A stretch of 13,552 nt of DNA from an uncultured Syntrophobacteraceae bacterium (GTDB lineage Bacteria; Desulfobacterota; Syntrophobacteria; Syntrophobacterales; Syntrophobacteraceae). Under the pieces are notes generated by a model. The model did no database searches and was not told the DNA's origin. It was given only the letters and a program-made list of their open reading frames with translations. Location of the stretch: the NCBI GenBank assembly GCA_937958025.1, contig CALFXO010000065.1, positions 1 through 13,552 on the forward strand, read 5' to 3'. Shown here one piece after another: positions 7,769 through 13,552 of the stretch. The position numbers and the translations under genes are program-made. The stretch's first letter is position 1. Each line of letters opens with the position of its first letter.

Positions 7769-8170
7769 CTATTTCAGATGTCTATTTTGGACCGCATCCA
7801 CGAATTTCTCAAAGTCGTTCTGGTCTCCCTCCCTGTAGTCGTCCGGATAGAGAAGCGCCGACATGTAAAATATGCTGGAAAGCCCCATCGCCTGCCCCGC
7901 GCGCCGGGCAAAATCCCGCACTCCCATGAGGATGTCTTCCGCCGCATCGTCATCCATTCCAGCAAGCGCCTCTTCCATGACGTCAGGCAGGTCCATGAGG
8001 AGCATCGCCTTTTCCTGAAGCTTCTTTCTGTGCTCTGCGGCGTCATCGCGCGAGAACAGCGCGTCCTTCGCCTCGAACTCCAACTGTCTGATCTTAGCCG
8101 CGCTCTCGTGGAGCAACCCTACAGCCTTGCCGATCTTTTCCCGCTTGTTCGCTTCCATGATATGTTTCAC
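7769..8170 (-). CDS. Hypothetical small acidic alpha-helical protein (133 aa), function unknown
   Basis: Natural-looking composition (MKHIMEANKREKIGKAVGLLHESAAKIRQLEFEAKDALF...MEEALAGMDDDAAEDILMGVRDFARRAGQAMGL...) and GAGGTG 4 nt upstream of ATG 8170. The overlapping plus-strand ORF 7778..8356 is Arg/His-rich and looks like an antisense artefact. I recognise no family. Confidence 0.6.
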   Translation of the reverse strand: MKHIMEANKREKIGKAVGLLHESAAKIRQLEFEAKDALFSRDDAAEHRKKLQEKAMLLMDLPDVMEEALAGMDDDAAEDILMGVRDFARRAGQAMGLSSIFYMSALLYPDDYREGDQNDFEKFVDAVQNRHLK

Positions 8171-8347
8171 CTCGTGGCATCATCTTCCCGAATGGACATT
8201 TCGCGCATTCACACCGCACCACACATTACTCTTGCGCTGGCCCGCATGCGGCGGCAGGAGCCATCCAGCCGCCTCTTCCACCCAACGCCCGGACAACCCC
8301 TTCATTATGTTGGAAAGAGACATAGAAAATCAACATCCATTTCTCTA

Positions 8348-8361
8348 TTGATCTAGGTCAA
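8348..8361. promoter_or_regulatory. Near-palindrome TTGATCTAGGTCAA in the divergent intergenic region (candidate operator)
   Basis: 13 of 14 positions are self-complementary. It lies in the 317-bp divergent region between the - gene (start 8170) and the + Fe-S gene (start 8488). Confidence 0.2.
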
Positions 8362-8487
8362 TGATCCTTACCTTATTACAGAGTAAAAGCATACTCACAA
8401 AGGCCGGAACGGGCGGTGAAAGAAACAAGGCGTTCCATTGTCCATATGCTTTAGTGTATCGCAGTCATAACAGTGAAAGGGACGATT

Positions 8488-9273
8488 ATGAAGATAAAAA
8501 GAAAGATAATAATGATAGACGAAGAGCGTTGCACGGGTTGCGGGCAGTGCATTCCTGCTTGCGCGGAGGGAGCGATTCAGATCGTGGACGGCAAAGCCAG
8601 GGTGGTCGCTGATAAGTATTGCGACGGCCTCGGAGCGTGTCTCGGGGAATGCCCGGAAGACGCCCTCCGGATAATCGAAAGAGAAGCCGATGAATTTGAT
8701 CCTGAGGCCGTTGAGCTTTATCTTAAGCATGAAGAGGAAAAGACGGCGTCTCTGCAACTCGCGGAACTAAGATCCGCGTCGCCTTCGCCGGCTGGCTGTG
8801 TTTCGAGTCAGGTGCGGATTCTTGGGACCGCACCCTCTTGCAGCGATGCGAACGCCCCGCGGCGGCAGGAATGCGGCGCTTCCGGCCTCGCCCATTGGCC
8901 GGTCAAGATCCGTCTCATCCCGGCAAACGCCTCTTTCCTTATGGAAGCGGACATCCTGGTGGCTGCGGATTGCACACTGGCGGCTTATCCCGACTTTCAC
9001 CGCGACTTTTTGCCAGGAAGGGCGCTTCTTACGGGATGCCCCAAGTTCGACAACGTGGAGGAATACATCCGGAAGTTCACCGAGATATTCAAGACATGCT
9101 CGATCAGGAGCGCCACCGTCCTCGATATGGAAGTTCCCTGCTGCTCGGCGTTGCCGGCCATTGTAAGAAAAGCCATGGAAGCCGCCGGAAAACAAATCCC
9201 CTTGGAAGAAATTGTCATCGGCAGAGGGGGAAAAGTTATTGCCGACGGACGTCAATCGCGCAAAGCGCAATAA
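8488..9273 (+). CDS. 4Fe-4S dicluster ferredoxin-domain protein with a Cys-rich C-terminal domain of unknown function
   Basis: Two classical cluster motifs, CTGCGQCIPACAEG and CDGLGACLGECPED, in the first about 70 aa. The C-terminal about 170 aa has many further Cys (GCVSSQ, SCSDAN, ECGAS, ADCTL, TGCPKF, KTCSI, VPCCSA) and a conserved-looking HWPVKIRLIPANASF segment. ATG 8488 is preceded by AAGGGA at 7 nt. The listed ORF begins at an upstream GTG at 8473. Confidence 0.75.
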   Translation: MKIKRKIIMIDEERCTGCGQCIPACAEGAIQIVDGKARVVADKYCDGLGACLGECPEDALRIIEREADEFDPEAVELYLKHEEEKTASLQLAELRSASPSPAGCVSSQVRILGTAPSCSDANAPRRQECGASGLAHWPVKIRLIPANASFLMEADILVAADCTLAAYPDFHRDFLPGRALLTGCPKFDNVEEYIRKFTEIFKTCSIRSATVLDMEVPCCSALPAIVRKAMEAAGKQIPLEEIVIGRGGKVIADGRQSRKAQ

Positions 9274-9285
9274 GGAGAAATTGCC

Positions 9286-9603
9286 ATGAAGTGCATGAAC
9301 ATCTTTGAAAGCAACGGATTCAGCGACAGGGCTTTCGCCAACCTGCTGGTGCACGACTCGCCCTATTTCAAGATTCTGAATTTCAATTTCAAGGCAGGTC
9401 AGACGCTGCCAGTGCATGCTCATGAACTGGAAGGCGAAGTATGCATTGCGGTGCTCGAAGGGGAAGGGAATTTTCTTGGAGCGGGAGGAGAGACTTTCCC
9501 CGCCAAACCTGGAGACGTTCTGATATCGGCAATCAGCGAACCTCATGGCATCGAGGCAACCTCGGACATGCGCGTTCTGGTGACCATCGCGCCTCCCATC
9601 TGA
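9286..9603 (+). CDS. Cupin-domain protein (105 aa)
   Basis: Cupin metal-site-like motifs: G(X)5HXH-like (PVHAHELEGEVCIAVLEG) and GDVLISAISEPHGIEAT. AAGGAG lies 8 nt upstream of the ATG and overlaps the stop of the preceding gene (12-bp gap), which indicates an operon. Confidence 0.7.
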   Translation: MKCMNIFESNGFSDRAFANLLVHDSPYFKILNFNFKAGQTLPVHAHELEGEVCIAVLEGEGNFLGAGGETFPAKPGDVLISAISEPHGIEATSDMRVLVTIAPPI

Positions 9604-9688
9604 TGCATCGGGAGTAGAAAGCCGAGCGTTCGGATGGCTCACCCACCTTCCGGCGCGGCCTCCAGGGATGCAAATAGGAGGAAATCCT

Positions 9689-9883
9689 ATGGGAAAGATA
9701 GTGACCATCGACTTGGGCGATTGCACCGGTTGCGAAGGCTGCGTGGAAATTTGTCCAGAAGCTTTCGGGATCGATGAAGCAACAGGAAAAGTGATTGTCA
9801 TTCAGGAGGAGGACTGTCCGGAAGAACCCATAGAAGAGGCTATGGCCATGTGCCCCGGTCAATGCATCACATGGGAGCAATGA
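9689..9883 (+). CDS. fdx: Small ferredoxin (about 64 aa; Desulfovibrio-type single/dual cluster ferredoxin)
   Basis: CTGCEGCVEICPEAF ... CPEEPIEEAMAMCPGQCI cysteine pattern. AGGAGG lies 7 nt upstream of ATG 9689 (MGKIVTIDLGDC...). The listed ORF begins 21 nt earlier at 9668, which lacks an RBS. Confidence 0.8.
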   Translation: MGKIVTIDLGDCTGCEGCVEICPEAFGIDEATGKVIVIQEEDCPEEPIEEAMAMCPGQCITWEQ

Positions 9884-9969
9884 TCACCGTGTTTGCGGAG
9901 GAAGGGCCGAAGAAACGGCCAAGAGAGAACTGAGGCGGGAAGGTTTGCCGATCGAGGCATGGTCGTCTC

Positions 9970-11148
9970 TCATTCGGATTCTGCGCCAGGCGAACTTTCC
10001 CGCAACTGCCCAAGCATTTCCTCGGCCTTTGCAAAACCGGGGTCTAATTCGAGAGCGCTGGTGAAGCATTTCCTCGCGCTGCTATTGTCCTGAAGCATCA
10101 TGTATACAATCCCGAGGTTGTAGTAAACAGCGGGATTGGAGGGGTGGTGCTTCAGCGCCATTCGGTAGCATTCGATGGCCTTGCCGTACTTTCCCTGCCG
10201 TCTCAAGGTGATGCCTAGCCGGTTGAAAACTTCGATCTCCATGGTGTAGTTTTTCAAGTTTTGGGAGAAGATCTGATCGGCTGCGTCGAAGAGCCCGTTT
10301 TTCATGTACGTTTCCGCGACTGCCAGCATGGCCGTCTCCTTGTCTCTTGCAGGCGTCTGCCGGATGGCTTGATCCAGATATTCCTTGGCTTCCTCTGTTC
10401 GTCCAACTTCTAGCATCATCCGGCCAATGTCCATTTTCCTATCCGCATCCATCGGGCTGATCCTGTCGACATGCTCCAGGACTTCCACCGCCTTTTCCGT
10501 GTTGCCGAGCCTTTGCTGCAATGCGGAATAGCCCTTGTATGCAGCGAGGAAATTGGGCGCAAGCGCCATCGCTTTCTCGAAACATCCGGCGGAGTCCTTG
10601 TATTGCCCTATTTCCAACAGGATGTCTCCTTTCAGGACAAGCCACCTTGCTTTAATATTCCGCTGCATGAGCTTTTCCCACTGCTCAATGCTGTCAAGAG
10701 CCCCCCCCCAGTCGCCAGCATCCTTAAGCTCCTGGACCTTCCTGTAGTGCTGCTCCTCCGGGCTTCTCAGGCGCTCAAGGATGGCCTCCACACGGACCCT
10801 CAAGACATTGTAGGAGAAGGGTTTGATCAGATAGTCGTATGCGCCCCATTCTCCCGCGATCGCCACCCAGCTCGAAGTGGCCTCGCCTGTAATCATGAGA
10901 AATGGAATATCCTTGAGCTCCGCGTCCGCCTGACACCGTTTCAGCAGTCCGACGCCATCGAGCTTTGGCATATTGATGTCCGTAATCACCAGGTCGAAAT
11001 GCTCGGTCCGCAGCTTCCCCCAGGCTTCTTCGCCATCGGCGGCGTCCGCGACGCTTTCAAACCGCCCCATCTGGTAGAGCATCTTTCTTATGACGGATCG
11101 GATGTTGTTTTCATCGTCAACCACCAGGGCGTGTAGCGAACCTCCCAC
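9970..11148 (-). CDS. Response regulator with N-terminal CheY-like receiver (REC) domain fused to TPR repeats; no DNA-binding domain
   Basis: REC hallmarks: acidic pocket LVVDDENN, phospho-acceptor region DLVITDINMPKLDG, T/S (LMITGEAT) and K (YDYLIKPF). The C-terminal about 250 aa are TPR-like repeats (AMALAPNFLAAYKGYSALQQRLGNTEKA...; AIECYRMALKHHPSNPAVYYNLGIVYMMLQDNSSARKCFTSALELDP). GTG start at 11148 with AAGGAG 8 nt upstream. Confidence 0.8.
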   Translation of the reverse strand: MGGSLHALVVDDENNIRSVIRKMLYQMGRFESVADAADGEEAWGKLRTEHFDLVITDINMPKLDGVGLLKRCQADAELKDIPFLMITGEATSSWVAIAGEWGAYDYLIKPFSYNVLRVRVEAILERLRSPEEQHYRKVQELKDAGDWGGALDSIEQWEKLMQRNIKARWLVLKGDILLEIGQYKDSAGCFEKAMALAPNFLAAYKGYSALQQRLGNTEKAVEVLEHVDRISPMDADRKMDIGRMMLEVGRTEEAKEYLDQAIRQTPARDKETAMLAVAETYMKNGLFDAADQIFSQNLKNYTMEIEVFNRLGITLRRQGKYGKAIECYRMALKHHPSNPAVYYNLGIVYMMLQDNSSARKCFTSALELDPGFAKAEEMLGQLRESSPGAESE

Positions 11149-11281
11149 TTCTCGTGCTCCTTCATGACAGGATTGTAAAGCAAGCGTCTTACCACTAGCA
11201 GTAACGAATAGTGCACCATTATCGCAATAAGGAACAGGTTGTCAACAACACGGCGTTCACTGCAAGCCTCGAAGCTATCAC

Positions 11282-11310
11282 TTGACCCCTGCGGGACATG
11301 CGGTTATCTT
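11282..11310 (+). promoter_or_regulatory. Candidate sigma70-type promoter: TTGACC - 17 nt - TATCTT
   Basis: Read directly: TTGACC 11282-11287, spacer 11288-11304, TATCTT 11305-11310, about 75 nt upstream of ATG 11386. Sequence resemblance only. Confidence 0.3.
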
Positions 11311-11385
11311 CTACGAAATCTGCGGCCCCGACGATCTATGCTTGCATCCGGGACGCCGCCCCAACCCCATGGAGGGAGGATAAGC

Positions 11386-11841
11386 ATGACCCAAGATCGG
11401 GCCCCGGAAAGCACCGCGTCCGACCAGGAAGTGAAAGCCATCCTGGAGCGCGCCAAGACTATTGCCGTTGTGGGAATTTCACACAAAGAAGAAAGGGACA
11501 GCTACAAGGTCGCGAAACACCTCAAGGACAACGGATATGCAATGATCCCCGTCAACCCGAAGTATAAAGAAGTTATGGGAGAAAAGTGCTATCCCGACCT
11601 GAAATCGGTCCCCGCGCATATTGACATAGTAGATATTTTTCGCAACATTGAAGCAATCCCGGCGATCGTGGACGAGGCCATCGCGGTCGGGGCGAGTTGC
11701 GTATGGATGCAGATCGGCCTCGCCCATGAAGAAGCGGCCGAGAAGGCTCGCAGGGCGGGGTTATCCGTCGTCATGGATAAGTGCGCCAAGGTCGAGCACG
11801 CCCGGCTGATTCTGAAGCCTGGAACACTTGGATTGGCCTGA
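11386..11841 (+). CDS. CoA-binding domain protein (YccU/YneT family, PF13380-like)
   Basis: TIAVVGISHKEERDSYKVAKHLKDNGYAMIPVNPKYKEVMGEKCYPDLKSVPAHIDIVDIFRNIEAIPAIVDEAIAVGASCVWMQIG matches the Rossmann-like CoA-binding fold signature (AVVG.S......Y.V.K.L...GY...PVNP). GGAGGGAGGA ends 5 nt before ATG 11386. The longest ORF starts at 11239 with an Arg/Ser-rich, non-protein-like leader. Confidence 0.75.
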   Translation: MTQDRAPESTASDQEVKAILERAKTIAVVGISHKEERDSYKVAKHLKDNGYAMIPVNPKYKEVMGEKCYPDLKSVPAHIDIVDIFRNIEAIPAIVDEAIAVGASCVWMQIGLAHEEAAEKARRAGLSVVMDKCAKVEHARLILKPGTLGLA

Positions 11842-11915
11842 AAGAAAACGCTCCAACGAGCACCACGTAAAACCGTGGAACCTCGCACCCGGGCCCGGAG
11901 GCTGCGCATCCCGAA

Positions 11916-12722
11916 ATGGAAATTTTGAAGCCGGAAGCTTTCTTCAATCTCGATTCCTATAGGTTCCGCGACGTCTTCTCCGGATGTCGCTACGTTTGGG
12001 AAGCGCTCGCAAAGATTTCAGCCTTCGCCCTTGAGCAAGCCCTGTATAGCCCGATTTCATCCCTTGACTGCTTCGGCCTCCCCCTGCCGCGGACAGTGCT
12101 TCTGTGGCAAGGGGCAATTCGGCGCGACGGATTCAAGCTCCTGGGCGGCGACGTCGCCAAGGGCAAGTTCCGGGTGCAGATTGACGGCAAGGAGACTTCG
12201 GACGCCGTGGTGCTCTACGCCGGGAGCGTCCTCATGGACGATCAGATCGCATTGGGCCGCGGAACGGTGGTGGAGCCCGGAGCGCTCATTAAAGGGCCGA
12301 CCGTTATTGGCGAATTCACGGAGGTGCGGCAGGGAGCTTACATGCGGGGTAAGTGCATAGTCGGCGATCGTTGCGTGGTGGGCCACACTACGGAGATGAA
12401 GGGAAGCATCATGCTCGACGACGCCAAGGCCGGCCATTTTGCGTATCTCGGCGATAGCATCCTTGGCGCCCGGGCTAATCTGGGGGCGGGAACCAAGCTG
12501 GCCAACCTAAAAATAGGCGGACAGGAGGTGCGGATTAAGGTGCAAGGCGAGATTCTAGGAACAGGGTTGCGCAAGTTTGGCGCGGTGCTCGGCGATGACG
12601 TCGAAATCGGCTGCAACGCCGTCACCAACCCCGGAACGCTCCTGGGAAAAAGCTCCGTTGTATTTCCACTCGCTTCCGTGCACGCGGGGATCTACGAACC
12701 AGGGAGCATCGTTCGCCCTTGA
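11916..12722 (+). CDS. Left-handed beta-helix (hexapeptide-repeat) transferase-family protein, 268 aa
   Basis: The C-terminal two-thirds consist of imperfect hexapeptide repeats ([LIV]GxxxxI / xxGxxxxIG: VIGEFTEVRQGAYMRGKCIVGDRCVVGHTTEMKGSIMLDDAKAGHFAYLGDSILGARANLGAGTKLAN...VLGDDVEIGCNAVTNPGTLLG). Unique first ATG. The in-frame stop at 11868-11870 excludes upstream starts. The RBS is weak or absent. Confidence 0.7.
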   Translation: MEILKPEAFFNLDSYRFRDVFSGCRYVWEALAKISAFALEQALYSPISSLDCFGLPLPRTVLLWQGAIRRDGFKLLGGDVAKGKFRVQIDGKETSDAVVLYAGSVLMDDQIALGRGTVVEPGALIKGPTVIGEFTEVRQGAYMRGKCIVGDRCVVGHTTEMKGSIMLDDAKAGHFAYLGDSILGARANLGAGTKLANLKIGGQEVRIKVQGEILGTGLRKFGAVLGDDVEIGCNAVTNPGTLLGKSSVVFPLASVHAGIYEPGSIVRP

Positions 12723-12935
12723 ACCCATGCGGCATCCCGGGGGATTCCTCATGCCTGAAGATTTTGAATCCTTTCGCCCAATAGACGTCCACGAGCGTCG
12801 CGACCTCGAGAATTATAATTAGCTTAACGCATCTTAAGAGGATGACGCCCAGCATGCAGCAAATCGGATATTTTCCCGAAAAGCGCGTCAATTCCTTGCA
12901 ATCTCCGTGTGTCATCTAATCCCGCCGTTGATGTG

Positions 12936-12965
12936 TTGTTCAACGAGACGTCTGTCTCGTATAAT
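12936..12965 (+). promoter_or_regulatory. Candidate promoter (TTGTTC ... TATAAT) with an inverted repeat CGAGAC-gtct-GTCTCG abutting the -10 element
   Basis: TATAAT at 12960-12965, TTGTTC at 12936-12941 (18-nt spacer). The IR is at 12944-12959, inside the spacer. This lies about 115 nt upstream of the GH57 ATG. Confidence 0.3.
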
Positions 12966-13080
12966 CTATTGCACCCGAACCGAACGATCAGGCGCGCTAC
13001 GATGAGGCGCCAATATTGCAACCTTCCACTGACGCTAGGCTCCCAATGGACAAACAGCGGCGCGGCAAGGAGAATCCAGC

Positions 13081-13552
13081 ATGCCCAATCCTGAAGCTGT
13101 CAAATATATCTGCATTCATGGCCACTTCTATCAACCCCCTAGAGAAAATCCATGGCTCGATGAGGTGGAGAGAGAGCCTTCCGCAGCTCCGTATCATGAC
13201 TGGAACACGCGGATCAATTACGAATGCTACCGCGCCAACACGGCTGCGCGGCTGGCCGACGGCGAGAACTACGTTCTTGAGATGTTCAATAACTACAAGC
13301 ACCTTAGCTTCAATATCGGCCCAACGCTCCTCAACTGGCTCGAGCGGTGCGCCCCTGGAGTTCATCAGGCAATCCTGGATGCGGACCGGGAAAGTTGCAG
13401 GAGGCTCAAGGGTCACGGCAACGCCATGGCGCAGGTGTACAATCACATCATCATGCCCCTCGCCAACCGGCGAGACAAGGTTACCCAGGTCCGATGGGGA
13501 ATTAGGGATTTCGAGTGGAGGTTCGGAAGAAAACCGGAAGGAATGTGGCTGG
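13081..13552 (+). CDS. Glycoside hydrolase family 57 protein (alpha-glucan-active), 5' portion; continues beyond the window
   Basis: My own translation: MPNPEAVKYICIHGHFYQPPRENPWLDEVEREPSAAPYHDWNTRINYECYRANTAARLADGENYVLEMFNNYKHLSFNIGPTLLNWLERCAPGVHQAILDADRESC...MAQVYNHIIMPLANRRDKVTQVRWGIRDFEWRFGRKPEGMWL. The HGHFYQPPRENPW and NIGPTLLNWLE segments recall GH57 N-terminal conserved regions. AAGGAG lies 8 nt upstream of the ATG. It is absent from the ORF track because it has no in-window stop. Confidence 0.6.
   Translation, partial: MPNPEAVKYICIHGHFYQPPRENPWLDEVEREPSAAPYHDWNTRINYECYRANTAARLADGENYVLEMFNNYKHLSFNIGPTLLNWLERCAPGVHQAILDADRESCRRLKGHGNAMAQVYNHIIMPLANRRDKVTQVRWGIRDFEWRFGRKPEGMWL

Noticed and set aside
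7778-8356. Plus-strand 192-aa ORF overlapping the 133-aa orphan gene
   Set aside because: His/Arg-rich artefact-like translation. The minus-strand gene has a GAGGTG RBS and protein-like composition.
8767-9801. Minus-strand 344-aa ORF spanning the Fe-S protein and cupin genes
   Set aside because: It overlaps two plus-strand genes with clear ferredoxin/cupin motifs and proper RBSs. The translation is Arg/Ser/Gly-rich and domain-free.
10471-11136. Plus-strand 221-aa ORF antisense to the REC-TPR regulator
   Set aside because: The REC domain on the minus strand is unambiguous. The plus ORF has no recognisable features or RBS.
1-13552. CRISPR arrays, IS elements/transposases, integrases, tRNA/rRNA genes
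   Set aside because: No regularly spaced direct repeats, no terminal inverted repeats flanking a transposase-like ORF, and no recombinase-like proteins were seen. None reported.

Overview
High-GC window (roughly 58-60% by eye) from a bacterium, probably anaerobic: the ferredoxin, Fe-S and cupin genes and the codon style suggest a deltaproteobacterium/Syntrophobacterales-type genome, but that is inference only. I support about 14 protein-coding genes and found no rRNA, tRNA, CRISPR array or obvious mobile element. Layout: (i) the 3' end of a multi-pass membrane protein, closed by a strong hairpin terminator; (ii) a minus-strand operon, PspA/IM30 -> NfeD/YqiJ-like membrane protein -> flotillin/SPFH (YqiK-like), lying downstream (minus sense) of a 637-bp strongly AT-rich intergenic island; (iii) a minus-strand acetyl-CoA hydrolase/CoA-transferase fused in frame to a C-terminal GNAT acetyltransferase; (iv) undecaprenyl-diphosphatase UppP with a signal-like N-terminal extension, with a small acidic orphan protein upstream of it (minus sense) on the same strand; (v) a divergent plus-strand trio: 2x[4Fe-4S] ferredoxin-domain protein with a Cys-rich C-terminal domain, a cupin, and a small ferredoxin; (vi) a convergent REC-TPR orphan response regulator; (vii) a YccU-type CoA-binding protein, a left-handed beta-helix hexapeptide-repeat protein, and the 5' part of a GH57 glycoside hydrolase running off the window end. 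No canonical defence system is evident. The most system-like item is the PspA-NfeD-flotillin module with its unusual upstream AT-rich region. The least characterised items are the Fe-S/cupin/ferredoxin trio, the CoA-transferase::GNAT fusion and the 133-aa orphan protein.
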